IMG/VR virus record: IMGVR_UViG_3300029793_000450
Location: 1-36,649 of that record
Source of the DNA: a virus
Length of the DNA stretch: 36,649 nucleotides
Strand: one strand, 5' to 3'
Shown: positions 1 to 8,978 of the stretch, one piece after another
How positions within the stretch are numbered: position 1 is the first letter of the stretch
How the letters are laid out: each line of letters starts with the position of its first letter
Made by a program: the position numbers and the translations under genes
Notes under the pieces: model-generated
Told to the model about the DNA's origin: nothing
The model's database searches: none
Seen by the model: the letters and a program-made list of their open reading frames with translations, nothing else

Positions 1-1167
1 TTAAATTATTCTATTTAATTCTTCTTTCATAAAATCCAATGTTACATGTGAATATACATCATTAGTTAGAGCGCTGTCTTCAACATGACCAACAAAAGAT
101 TGAATGACAATTAGTGGCATTTTTTTCTCCTGACATCTAGTAACAAATGTATGTCTTAAAACATGAGTATGTATTGTTTCTGTTATTTTATATTTGTTAT
201 TTAACCTTTTTAAATAACAATTTATTTCACCGTCTGTAATGAATTTATTATCTTCATAATCCCAAAAGAGCAATCCGTAAATATTAGTGATTTTTTTGTT
301 CATATATTTTTCAATAATTTCTCTAACCATCGGAGACATTGGAATAGTCCTTTTACCTTTATCAAGTGCCATCTTTTTAACATAAGTTTTAGTATGTTTT
401 CCCAAAATAACTTTGTCATTTTCATCTCTAGTAATAGTTTTATTTATTGTTAAAGTATTTTCTTTTAAATCTACGCAGTCTTTTGAAATTGCGAGAACTT
501 CGCCAATTCTAGCTCCAATACATAATTGAAGTAAAAGAATATCATTATATATGCAAGGTTCATCTTTTAAGATTTTTTCTAGTTTGTTTTGTTCTTCAAT
601 TGTTAGTGCCTTAACCTCCCTTTTTTCTTTTTTAGAAATAGGTTTTGTCAGCATTTCATCATCCATAATATTAAATAATATAATTCTCCTCGAAACAGCA
701 ATCCTAAACATTTTATATAATAATGCCCAAATTTTATCTATAACACTATTAGAATATTCTCTAATTTCTTTTTTAGCTTTTTGGACATCCATTACAGTTA
801 CTTTTTGAATAGGCTTATTTATAAAATTAGAGCAAGTTTTTCTTATTTGATTTACAGTATCTTTATTTCTTCTGTAACTACGAGGACTAATTAAACCATC
901 TTCATATCTTTGGTCTACAATGCTTTCTATTAAATCGATGCAAATGTCTCCTCTTTTTTCAATGTAAGTGCCTTGAGCAATACTAGCCTTGATATTGTTA
1001 AATCTTTTTTTAAAGTCACTTGCTTTTTCATTTTTCCTTTGTTTCAACGTTTTCCTTTTTCCTGAAGGCTCGACATATTGAGCTACATAACAATGCAATG
1101 TTTCGCTAAGATAAATCGTGCCTTCTCCATTTCCTCTTGATTTTACTTTTTTGTTTCTTCTTTCCAT
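1..1167 (-). CDS. int: Phage tyrosine recombinase/integrase
   Basis: 388 aa ORF with N-terminal SAM-like/AP2-like region and catalytic motifs (GARIGEVLAI, HVLRHTFVTRC, FVGHVEDSALTNDVYSHV). Confidence 0.96.
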   Translation of the reverse strand: MERRNKKVKSRGNGEGTIYLSETLHCYVAQYVEPSGKRKTLKQRKNEKASDFKKRFNNIKASIAQGTYIEKRGDICIDLIESIVDQRYEDGLISPRSYRRNKDTVNQIRKTCSNFINKPIQKVTVMDVQKAKKEIREYSNSVIDKIWALLYKMFRIAVSRRIILFNIMDDEMLTKPISKKEKREVKALTIEEQNKLEKILKDEPCIYNDILLLQLCIGARIGEVLAISKDCVDLKENTLTINKTITRDENDKVILGKHTKTYVKKMALDKGKRTIPMSPMVREIIEKYMNKKITNIYGLLFWDYEDNKFITDGEINCYLKRLNNKYKITETIHTHVLRHTFVTRCQEKKMPLIVIQSFVGHVEDSALTNDVYSHVTLDFMKEELNRII

Positions 1168-1328
1168 AATAAAATACCTCCATAAATTTCTTTAAAAATC
1201 CATTTACAGAGGCCTTGCACATTTAATAAACTTGTGTTATTATAAATATGCAAAAACCTTGTAAAAGGGATTTTGCTTTGTGTTTGGGATAGTGTCTTGT
1301 TTGCCGACAGCACTATCCTTTTTTTATA

Positions 1329-1742
1329 TTAAACTAATATACCATATTTTTCAGTATAAAAGTTAATACAATCATTCATATAATTATAATCTACATCAAA
1401 GTAGTCTGCTAAATCGTATAAGTCAAAACCTTGTGCGATTTTTTCTTTTAACTTTTTAAATGGTACTAGTACAGAATATGCCCATTTTTTTGCTCTGTTT
1501 TCACATTTTCTTTTTAAAGTTATATCAGAGTCAATATAGTACAGAGCACCACAATAATAATGCCCTAATTCTTCTGCAAGTATTTCTTTTTCTTCAATAT
1601 AATTGTCTATCCTACTGTAATCAATGCCTATACTATATTCGCTATTTTCTTCAAAGATCCTAGCTTTAGCCTTTGACCATTTATAATCTATTATATCTAT
1701 TTTTTCCTTTTCAGTTAAATTATATAAATCTAATACTTCCAT
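1329..1742 (-). CDS. ImmA/IrrE-family metallopeptidase (AEELGHYY variant of HExxH region)
   Basis: ILAEELGHYYCGALY motif and location next to the CI-like repressor. Confidence 0.8.
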   Translation of the reverse strand: MEVLDLYNLTEKEKIDIIDYKWSKAKARIFEENSEYSIGIDYSRIDNYIEEKEILAEELGHYYCGALYYIDSDITLKRKCENRAKKWAYSVLVPFKKLKEKIAQGFDLYDLADYFDVDYNYMNDCINFYTEKYGILV

Positions 1743-1745
1743 AAT

Positions 1746-2108
1746 CTAATCTTTCTTTTTCTTTAAACTTTTCTTAAATCTAATAAATTCCTTTAATTCT
1801 TCTATTTCTTCATCTGTCAAGCCTTCTGTATCCAAACCATTATTAGAAGCATAACGAAAAATATCTTCTTTTTTATTTTCAACTAATTCTGTAAAACCAG
1901 CTTTAGATAATAAATCGTTGTAATCTATATTATATATAGAAGATAGTTTTTTTAAAATGATTGGACTAGGTCTTCGTTTACCATTTTCCATTAAAGATAG
2001 GTAGCTAGGAGATATTTCGCATAATTTATTAACATCATATATGCTATATCCTAGAGTTTCTCTTATATTTTTTAAATATTTAGCAAGTTCAAGTGTTGAA
2101 ACTTCCAT
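1746..2108 (-). CDS. CI-like XRE-family repressor
   Basis: LAKYLKNIRETLGYSIYDVNKLCEISPSYLSLMENGKRRPSPIILKKLSSIY helix-turn-helix; divergent from the early genes. Confidence 0.88.
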   Translation of the reverse strand: MEVSTLELAKYLKNIRETLGYSIYDVNKLCEISPSYLSLMENGKRRPSPIILKKLSSIYNIDYNDLLSKAGFTELVENKKEDIFRYASNNGLDTEGLTDEEIEELKEFIRFKKSLKKKKD

Positions 2109-2121
2109 CTTGACAACCTCC

Positions 2122-2217
2122 TTACAAGTGTAATTATACTATACAAATTTACAATTGTAAATATTTTTTAAAAATTTTCCAAAAAACTATTGACAATTGT
2201 AAACTGGATGATATAAT
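2122..2217. promoter_or_regulatory. Divergent CI/Cro operator-promoter region
   Basis: Related dyads TTACAAGTGTAA (2122-2133), TTACAATTGTAA (2149-2160), TGACAATTGTAA (2191-2202). The last overlaps a TTGACA (2190-2195) -16 bp- TATAAT (2212-2217) promoter reading right. Confidence 0.75.
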
Positions 2218-2256
2218 GTTTACAACAGTCAACTAGAAAGGTGGTGTAAAACAAAA

Positions 2257-2502
2257 ATGGCAAATAGAACAGTATATGTAAAAAATTTAGATGATTTTAT
2301 AGAAAAAATAGTAACGGCAGGCTTTACATATAGGGAATTAGCAAGAAAAGCCAATTCAAATCCAACTTCAATATCGTTATTAGCTAAAGGAGAAAGAAAC
2401 CCGAGTCCAGAATTAGCGGTTAATATATGTAAAGCACTAAAATGTAACTTTGACGATATTTTTTTTATTAAAAATGTTGACAACAGTAAACGTGCAAATT
2501 AA
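2257..2502 (+). CDS. Cro-like XRE-family regulator
   Basis: FTYRELARKANSNPTSISLLAKGERNPSPELAVNICKAL; first gene of the rightward operon. Confidence 0.82.
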   Translation: MANRTVYVKNLDDFIEKIVTAGFTYRELARKANSNPTSISLLAKGERNPSPELAVNICKALKCNFDDIFFIKNVDNSKRAN

Positions 2503-2522
2503 ATAAGAAAGAGGGTGATGAG

Positions 2523-2765
2523 TTGGAAGAATTATTAGAAGAACAGCGAAAAACAAATGAGTTGTTAGAAACTATCCTAAACACAAAGCAAAACAATTTA
2601 CCAAAATTAATTTATGCAAAAGAGATAGCAAAAAACTATCAAGTAAATTTAAATAAAGCAACTGAATTTTGCAAAAGATACGGCACAAATTTTGGAGGTT
2701 ATTGTATAGAAATTGAGAAATTTAAAGAAATTTTACAAACAAAAGGCACAGAAATATTCAAATAA
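2523..2765 (+). CDS. Small putative DNA-binding/excisionase-like protein
   Basis: TTG start with upstream GAGGGTGATG; MerR/Xis-like IYAKEIAKNYQVNLNKATEFCKRYG segment. Confidence 0.4.
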   Translation: MEELLEEQRKTNELLETILNTKQNNLPKLIYAKEIAKNYQVNLNKATEFCKRYGTNFGGYCIEIEKFKEILQTKGTEIFK

Positions 2766-2781
2766 GAAAGGAGAACCACAA

Positions 2782-2898
2782 ATGAAAAAACATAAAATAA
2801 ACAAAGCAAAATTAGCAATAAACATATTAAAAGCAGAATGTATGATTTTTCTAGCATTAGTATTTGACGTAATGTTTATAAGTTATTTATTAAAGTAA
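2782..2898 (+). CDS. Small hypothetical membrane protein
   Basis: Upstream AGAAAGGAG; one hydrophobic helix. Confidence 0.4.
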   Translation: MKKHKINKAKLAINILKAECMIFLALVFDVMFISYLLK

Positions 2899-2914
2899 GA
2901 AAGGAGTTGAGAAA

Positions 2915-3176
2915 TATGTTAGAAAGAAGAATAAACAAAGCATTGAAGGAATCTTTAGATAAAACAATAAAAGAAAATAAGTATTTAAGAGAAATATTAA
3001 AAAAACAAATTGAAGATTCAATATTAGCATTAAATGAAATACAAGATATACAAGCAATAAAGATTTCTGAAGCAGAAAAAGATATGTTAAGAAATAGCAT
3101 TATAAACAAAAAACGTACAGAGTTTGTGACAAAAATAATAGAGTTAGACGGTTCTGGAAAACATTCTAACTCATAA
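2915..3176 (+). CDS. Hypothetical coiled-coil early protein
   Basis: RBS AGAAAGGAG; MLERRINKALKESLDKTIKENKYLREILKKQIED. Confidence 0.5.
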
Positions 3177-3241
3177 GAATTTAACATTACAAGTATAAAT
3201 TCACTATATTTATTATATCAAAAAAAGGCAGGAATGTCAAT

Positions 3242-3709
3242 ATGAGCTGTATTTTTAGAAGAGTAAGAACAAAAGATTATAAGAAATATTACTTCTGTAA
3301 AAAACTTAATTGCAAAGTAGAATTTGATTTTTGTAAAAACTGTGAATGTAAAGAGTATAAGAAATATAAGAAGCCGAATTATAAAAAACATAAAAGAACA
3401 AAAGCTACTGCAATACAAAAATATGTAAAAGAAGCGGTTTGGTATAGAGATAATAAACAATGTATTTTTTGCGGAAAGCCAGTATCGGTATTTTATGCAA
3501 ATGCACATTTTATTCCTCGCAGTGCAGGAGGAAGAGGTATAGAAGAAAATACTTTTACAGCATGTGATCATTGCCATTCTGCACAAGACAACGGACTAAA
3601 TACAAAAGAATATGATGAAAAAGCAGAAGCATACTTAAAAAGCAAATATCCTAATTGGGATAGAAGCAAATTAATATATGAAAAGAATACAAGAGAGGAG
3701 GAAATTTAA
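3242..3709 (+). CDS. HNH endonuclease-domain protein
   Basis: CIFCGKPVSVFYANAHFIPRSAGGRGIEENTFTACDHCHSAQDN. Confidence 0.8.
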   Translation: MSCIFRRVRTKDYKKYYFCKKLNCKVEFDFCKNCECKEYKKYKKPNYKKHKRTKATAIQKYVKEAVWYRDNKQCIFCGKPVSVFYANAHFIPRSAGGRGIEENTFTACDHCHSAQDNGLNTKEYDEKAEAYLKSKYPNWDRSKLIYEKNTREEEI

Positions 3710-4559
3710 ATGGCAGAATATAGACCAGTTTACACAAATTTTTGGGAGGACAGTAAGGTGTTAGACGATATGACTCCAGAAGATAGATATTTTATGTTGT
3801 ATTTATTAACTAATACACATACAAACATGGCAGGCTGCTATGAAGTAAGTAAAAGAATAATAAGTAATGAGACGGGTTACACAATTGAAACAGTAGAAAA
3901 GTTATTAGACAGATTTGAAAACATTCTTAAATTAGTAAAATATTCTAAAGAAACAAAAGAAATACTTGTTTTAAATTGGTATAAATACAATTGGACAAGC
4001 AGTGACAAAGTAAAAGTAAGAATAGAAGCGGACATAGAATCAATAAAATGTGATGAATTTAAAGAGTATTTAAATACCGTATGCATACCGTATAAGTATG
4101 GTATAGATACGGTATCAGATGAAGAAAAAATATACCCTATCGATACGGTATCTATACGGTATGCATATAACTAACTCTAACTCTAACTCTAACACAAACT
4201 CTAACTCAACTCAAAATAAAATAAATAAAGATGAATTAAATAAATTAATTCATCTAGTCGTGAATTATTTAAATCTAAAAACATCTAAAAATTTTAAAAC
4301 ATCTAGTAAAACAACTGTAAAGCATATAAAAGCTAGAGCCCTAGAAGGCTTTACATTTGATAATTTCAAAACAGTAATAGATACAAAGACAGCAGAATGG
4401 AAAAACAATAAAGAAATGTCTAAATATTTAAGACCAGAGACTCTGTTTGGAACAAAGTTTGAGGGATATTTAAATCAAAATTGCGAAATTCAAAATAAAG
4501 AGCAAGAAGAAGCAGTAAACGAATACATGGAAATGAGTAGGAGGTTTGAAAATGGATAA
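3710..4559 (+). CDS. Replisome organizer (DnaD-like N-terminus plus conserved phage C-terminal domain), split by a +1 shift at CGGT (4157-4160)
   Basis: The 3710-4174 ORF (MAEYRPVYTNFWEDSKVLDDMTPEDRYFMLYLLTN) continues in the +1 frame as the 4119-4559 ORF (VVNYLNLKTSKNFKTSS...KYLRPETLFGTKFEGYLNQ, the classical phage replisome organizer C-terminal domain). Reading CGGT as Gly gives a 282 aa protein. Confidence 0.8.
4074..4162. promoter_or_regulatory. Iteron array, candidate phage replication origin
   Basis: 9-mers at an exact 11-bp pitch: ATACCGTAT 4074, ATACCGTAT 4085, GTATGGTAT 4096, ATACGGTAT 4107; then ATACCCTAT 4132, ATACGGTAT 4143, ATACGGTAT 4154. AT-rich DNA lies downstream. Confidence 0.7.
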
Positions 4560-5844
4560 TTCTAATCTACACTCAGATGAAGCTGAAGTAAATGTTATAG
4601 CATCAATTCTAGTAATTCAAGACAATAGTAAATACATAAATAGTTTAGAAACTCAAGACTTTTACTCTAAAACTAACAAGGCAATATTTAGCTTAATGAA
4701 AGAGCTAAACGATAAAGATGAAACAGTAGATTTGCTAACTGTGAAAGAGTTGGGAGTAACAAAAAAATTCAATGGAATAAAGCTATTAGAAACAATGACA
4801 GATATGACAGATAAGCTAGTTTACGCAGGAAATATAGATAAATATATAAAAATACTTAAAAACTTAAGTGTTAAGAGAAAGATATTTAATACTGCAAAAA
4901 AAGTATGTGAAGAGATATCAGAAGTAGATCCAAATAAAGATGAAATTGAAGTAAAAAACGAAGTAGTTCAAAAGTTTTTAAATATAAAAACAAACAAGAA
5001 AAATAGTAATGCTGAAATGAAAGATGTAATGATAGAAACACTAAAAGACATAGATGATAAATATCAAAAAAGAGATGATTATAGTTTGCGAACAGGTTAT
5101 TTAGATTTAGACAAAATAATAGAGGGACTACATGAACAGGAATTAACTTTGCTAGGAGCAAGGCCAGGGGTCGGCAAAACAGCATTTTCTTTGCAGATGG
5201 CAGAACACATAGCAAAAAAAGGGGTATATGTTTATTTTGTAAGTTTAGAGATGTCTCGAAAACAACTAGGAAATAGAATAATAGCAAGAGAAGCGGAAAT
5301 AGACAGCCACGTTTTAAGAATGGGTTGGCTTACAGAAGAAAACTTTGCAAAGATAAACGAAGTGGCAGGAAATGTAGCAGATATAAAAATGTGTATAGAT
5401 TCTGAGTCAACAACAATACAAGACATAGAAGACAAGGCAAATGAATTAAAGCAAGAGAAGAATTTAGGACTAATGGTAATAGATTATTTGCAGCTACTAA
5501 AGAGTAGAAATAAATTTACAAACAGAGAACAAGAAGTAGCAGACATAAGCAGAAGATTAAAACTACTATCGAAAGAATTAGATATCCCAGTTGTGGCACT
5601 ATGTCAGCTAAATAGAGAAACAGAAAAAAGAAGAAGACCACTGCTTTCAGATTTAAGAGAAAGTGGAAGTTTAGAACAAGACGCAGATAACGTAATTTTC
5701 TTATATGTTGACGATGAAGAAAAAGTAAAGAATAGAGTAATAGATGTTGAAGTAATAGTTGCAAAACAAAGGAATGGACCAACTGGAATGGTAAAGATTC
5801 AATTTAATAAAAAACAGATGAAATTCGATAATGTAGGAGGATAA
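4546..5844 (+). CDS. dnaB: DnaB-type replicative helicase
   Basis: Walker A GARPGVGKT, LMVIDYLQLL, RREIS-type DnaB motifs (VAKQRNGPTG). Confidence 0.95.
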   Translation: MKMDNSNLHSDEAEVNVIASILVIQDNSKYINSLETQDFYSKTNKAIFSLMKELNDKDETVDLLTVKELGVTKKFNGIKLLETMTDMTDKLVYAGNIDKYIKILKNLSVKRKIFNTAKKVCEEISEVDPNKDEIEVKNEVVQKFLNIKTNKKNSNAEMKDVMIETLKDIDDKYQKRDDYSLRTGYLDLDKIIEGLHEQELTLLGARPGVGKTAFSLQMAEHIAKKGVYVYFVSLEMSRKQLGNRIIAREAEIDSHVLRMGWLTEENFAKINEVAGNVADIKMCIDSESTTIQDIEDKANELKQEKNLGLMVIDYLQLLKSRNKFTNREQEVADISRRLKLLSKELDIPVVALCQLNRETEKRRRPLLSDLRESGSLEQDADNVIFLYVDDEEKVKNRVIDVEVIVAKQRNGPTGMVKIQFNKKQMKFDNVGG

Positions 5845-5845
5845 G

Positions 5846-6010
5846 ATGAGGTATATAACAACACAAGAATTTTTAAAGTTAGATGATGCTAATAAAGCAA
5901 GAACACTTAAAGAGATAGCACAAGGAGAAGTAAGATTAAAAGAAGGTGATTTGAAAAATGGCAAAAGTAAGTGTAATAGAAACAAGAGTAAAAGAGATAT
6001 TAGAAAATAG
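5846..6010 (+). CDS. Small hypothetical protein (54 aa)
   Basis: RBS GTAGGAGG; MRYITTQEFLKLDDANKARTLKEIAQGEVRLKEGDL. Confidence 0.5.
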   Translation: MRYITTQEFLKLDDANKARTLKEIAQGEVRLKEGDLKNGKSKCNRNKSKRDIRK

Positions 6011-6251
6011 CCCAGCAACAAGAGAAAATGACAATTTGCTATATGTTACATACTTAGAAGAATATCACTATGTAGATTTTAACAGACAAACATTTATAGA
6101 TTATGAAAGATATGGACTACCGAGCTTTAAATCAATTGAAAGAGCTAGAAGAAAAATACAAAACGAAGAAGGCAAATACAAAGCAAGTGAAGTTATAGAA
6201 GAGGGACGAAAAGAAGCGGAAAAACAATTTCAAGATTATTACAGGAGGTAA
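5958..6251 (+). CDS. Hypothetical phage protein
   Basis: MAKVSVIETRVKEILENSPATRENDNLLYVTYLEEY...; commonly seen type of early phage protein. Confidence 0.6.
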   Translation: MAKVSVIETRVKEILENSPATRENDNLLYVTYLEEYHYVDFNRQTFIDYERYGLPSFKSIERARRKIQNEEGKYKASEVIEEGRKEAEKQFQDYYRR

Positions 6252-6254
6252 ACA

Positions 6255-6404
6255 GTGGAAGAGGATCTAGATAAAATAAAACAACAAATAAATGATTTTG
6301 CTATCAAGTATGGAGTAAGATATATAGTTTTCAAGACAACTGAAACAAGGCTAGAAGAGGGCAAAATTGTTGGAACAAATGTAGAGTCAGAGCTTATATA
6401 TTAA
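6255..6404 (+). CDS. Small hypothetical protein, GTG start
   Basis: RBS CAGGAGG upstream; MEEDLDKIKQQINDFAIKYGVRYIVFKTTETRLEEGK. Confidence 0.5.
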   Translation: MEEDLDKIKQQINDFAIKYGVRYIVFKTTETRLEEGKIVGTNVESELIY

Positions 6405-6429
6405 AAATAAAGTGGAAGAGGTATAGAAA

Positions 6430-6570
6430 ATGAACGAATTTAAAGAAAGTTTAAAAGTAAGTAAAGAACAATTAGAGTATGAAGAATACAAAAGAAAAAG
6501 ATTTGCAAAAGAAATACATAAAGAGAAATGGGACAATGCAAGAAAAAGATTGGAAGGAGAAGCGAGATGA
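6430..6570 (+). CDS. Small hypothetical protein (46 aa)
   Basis: MNEFKESLKVSKEQLEYEEYKRKRFAKEIHKEKWDNARKRLEGEAR; coupled to the next gene. Confidence 0.45.
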   Translation: MNEFKESLKVSKEQLEYEEYKRKRFAKEIHKEKWDNARKRLEGEAR

Positions 6571-6989
6571 GAAAGATTATATTAAATAAATGCTATGGAG
6601 GATTTGAATTATCAAAAAAAGCGTATGAATTATATGCGAAAAAGAAAGGATTAGAGTTATATACATACACAAATACTATTGAAAACAATAAATGCAAATA
6701 CAAATATTCTGATGGTAGCGATTTTTTTATAGTATATTTTACTAAAGATTTTGGAAACAACGTAGAAATATCAGAAGAAGATTATGAGAAATATGTTTTA
6801 TATTTAAGAGAGACAGCAAGAGAAGATAAGACTTTAATAGAAGTAGTTGAAGAACTAGGAAAAGAAGCAAGTGGAAGGTGTGGAGAGTTAAAAATCGTAA
6901 AAATACCAGACAATGCATTCTTTAGAATAGATAACTATGATGGAATAGAAACACTTTATTATAGTAAATCAGAAATATTAGAAAAATAA
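6567..6989 (+). CDS. Hypothetical phage protein
   Basis: Better start than the 6528 TTG: ATG 6567 after GGAAGGAG. Confidence 0.6.
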   Translation: MRKIILNKCYGGFELSKKAYELYAKKKGLELYTYTNTIENNKCKYKYSDGSDFFIVYFTKDFGNNVEISEEDYEKYVLYLRETAREDKTLIEVVEELGKEASGRCGELKIVKIPDNAFFRIDNYDGIETLYYSKSEILEK

Positions 6990-6999
6990 GGAGGCACAA

Positions 7000-7290
7000 A
7001 TGAAACCAAAGAAATATGAGATAGTAAATTATATAGCAATGGGAGACAAGACATTAAACGAAATAAAAAGAGATTTTAAAGCACAAACAATAATAACAGC
7101 AATACTAGTAATATTAGCGTTAATAATATGCTTTAAAGCATGGGACACAGCAGTAAAATATGAAGCATTAAAGAAAGATAAACAAGCATTAGAAGACTTA
7201 ACAGAAGCACAAAGTAGTATGATAAGCGATTTAGAAGAAAACTGTAGAGAGTTGTGCATAGAAATAGAGAATAGAACAACGGCCTTTTAA
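7000..7290 (+). CDS. Small membrane-anchored coiled-coil protein
   Basis: One TM helix (IITAILVILALIICFKAWD), then a coiled coil. Confidence 0.5.
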   Translation: MKPKKYEIVNYIAMGDKTLNEIKRDFKAQTIITAILVILALIICFKAWDTAVKYEALKKDKQALEDLTEAQSSMISDLEENCRELCIEIENRTTAF

Positions 7291-7312
7291 GCTGTTGAGG
7301 AAGGAGAAAACA

Positions 7313-7738
7313 ATGGCAATAAAAAATTACACAACAACAATAAACGCAAACAAGACAATCGGAGAAATACAAGAGCTATTAAGGAAACATGGAGCAAATG
7401 CTATTATGACAGAATACAATAATGGCGAAGCAATAGGATTAAGTTTTAAAATAATGACACCTCGAGGAGAAGTGGGAGTAAGATTACCTGCTAATACAGA
7501 TAGGGTATTACAAGTGTTAAGAAATCAAAGAAAAAAGAATAATAAAGTAAAAGACACTATGGAGCAAGCAACAAAAACAGCATGGAGAATAATAAAAGAC
7601 TGGATAGATGCACAAATGGCGATATTAGAAACAGAAATGGTTGAAATGGAAGAGATATTTTTACCATACATAATAAATAATGATGGACAAACATTATATC
7701 AAGCATTTAAAAATAATCAATTAATGTTAGGAGAGTAG
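7313..7738 (+). CDS. Hypothetical phage protein
   Basis: MAIKNYTTTINANKTIGEIQELLRKHGANAIMTEY; RBS AAGGAG. Confidence 0.65.
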   Translation: MAIKNYTTTINANKTIGEIQELLRKHGANAIMTEYNNGEAIGLSFKIMTPRGEVGVRLPANTDRVLQVLRNQRKKNNKVKDTMEQATKTAWRIIKDWIDAQMAILETEMVEMEEIFLPYIINNDGQTLYQAFKNNQLMLGE

Positions 7739-7740
7739 CT

Positions 7741-8138
7741 ATGGAAAATATGATAGAAGTACGGAGAATATGTAAGAACTACAGATGGCAAGATAGGAAC
7801 CTTTGTAAGATATAGCTCAAGAAAAGCAAATAGTTTTTATAAATGCCCAGCCGATTGTTTTATAAAATTAGCTGGCAGAAAATCAAATCTACAATGTTTT
7901 AGGGATTATATAGTAAAACATAGCAAACAACTAATAGACCTAATAGAAATTCGGAGATATTGTAAACGGATACAAATTATCTGATAAAAACGGTACATTA
8001 CTATGCACAAATATTAAAGGAATAGATAGAAGCGGTTATTATATCCCAATATCTCAATATGGAGACGGAATAAAAACAATACTAACAAAAGAAAGTTATA
8101 TGGCTAATTGCTATAAAGTAGGAGGAGAAGAATGTTAA
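7741..8138 (+). CDS. Hypothetical phage protein with two +1 (CGGA) junctions at 7762 and 7952
   Basis: Frame-corrected: MENMIEV[G]EYVRTTDGKIGTFVRYSSRKANSFYKCPADCFIKLAGRKSNLQCFRDYIVKHSKQLIDLIEI[G]DIVNGYKLSDKNGTLLCTNIKGIDRSGYYIPISQYGDGIKTILTKESYMANCYKVGGEEC. Resembles the 'IEVGEYVRTKDG...IVKHSK.IIDLIEVGDYVNG' family of clostridial phages. Confidence 0.7.
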
Positions 8139-8467
8139 TATTACCAATTAAAAAGAAATGGTTTGACATGATTGCAAGTGGAGAGAAGAAAGAAGAGTAT
8201 AGAGAAATAAAGCCATACTGGACTAAAAGGTTTGAAAATTATTATGAAATAGCAAAATTAAATATTGAACTAGAATGTCCAAATTTTAAAGAAATTTATT
8301 ATAGGGTAGTATTTAGAAATGGATATGAAAACAATGCTCCTCAAATGACCTGTGTGTGTAAATTAAGAGTAGGACAAGGCAAAGAAGAATGGGGTGCAGA
8401 ACCTAATAAAGAATACTACATATTAGAAATATTAAAGATAGTAGGAGGAGAAGATGAAATTAGTTAA
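8132..8467 (+). CDS. ASCH-domain-like protein
   Basis: MLILPIKKKWFDMIASGEKKEEYREIKPYW is typical of phage ASCH-type proteins. Confidence 0.65.
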   Translation: MLILPIKKKWFDMIASGEKKEEYREIKPYWTKRFENYYEIAKLNIELECPNFKEIYYRVVFRNGYENNAPQMTCVCKLRVGQGKEEWGAEPNKEYYILEILKIVGGEDEIS

Positions 8468-8978
8468 TTTATTTAAAAATAAACAAAAAGCTGAAATGAT
8501 TATAGAAGAAAAATTACCAGATGTACAACAAATAAAAGTTCCAGATTTAAAACAATATTTGTTAAATGGATATCAAGAAATAAGAGAAATTAAGCAAGAA
8601 AATGAACAATTACAATTAAAATTAGAAGAAAAATCCAAATACAAATTATTATATGATGGAGCATTAGTAACATTAGAAGAATTTAAAACCAGAGAAGAAG
8701 AGAATAAAAACAAAATAAATGAATTACAAACAAAACTAAATGAAAAACAAGAAGAAATATATAAGCTTAATGATTTAGTAAATACTTATAAAATTAAACA
8801 ATTACAAGTAGATGAGCAATTAAAAAATACAGATAATTTAATTCAAGATAACATAGATTCTGCAATAATGAATTTTAAAGCAACAATAATAGACCTAATA
8901 AAAAATACAAAAGGAAATATAAGTAAAGATAAAGTATGCAATTTAATTAAAAGAATGGAAGTGAATAAAGATGAATAG
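8454..8978 (+). CDS. Hypothetical coiled-coil protein
   Basis: Long intact coiled-coil ORF with upstream GTAGGAGGAG. Confidence 0.6.
   Translation: MKLVNLFKNKQKAEMIIEEKLPDVQQIKVPDLKQYLLNGYQEIREIKQENEQLQLKLEEKSKYKLLYDGALVTLEEFKTREEENKNKINELQTKLNEKQEEIYKLNDLVNTYKIKQLQVDEQLKNTDNLIQDNIDSAIMNFKATIIDLIKNTKGNISKDKVCNLIKRMEVNKDE

Noticed and set aside
330-340. CGGAGA on the plus strand inside the integrase
   Set aside because: It reads as TCT CCG ATG on the coding (minus) strand (MSPMV), so it is not an in-frame CGG codon; the integrase is intact.
551-808. Plus-strand ORF opposite the integrase
   Set aside because: Shadow ORF with no RBS or family similarity.
1-1167. attL/attR core sequences for the prophage
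   Set aside because: The window starts at the integrase stop codon, so the left attachment site is not visible and no duplicated core could be established. The tRNA 3' end is only a speculative attR.
3218-3586. Antisense ORF opposite the HNH gene
   Set aside because: Low-complexity Phe/Ile-rich shadow ORF of an A-rich coding strand; same for most minus-strand ORFs within the rightward operons (e.g. 4886-5287, 14959-15213, 19916-20119, 30607-30837).
4074-4210. CRISPR array
   Set aside because: Repeats are 9-mers with 2-bp spacing plus a hexamer run; iteron/linker structure, no 25-40 bp repeats or unique spacers.
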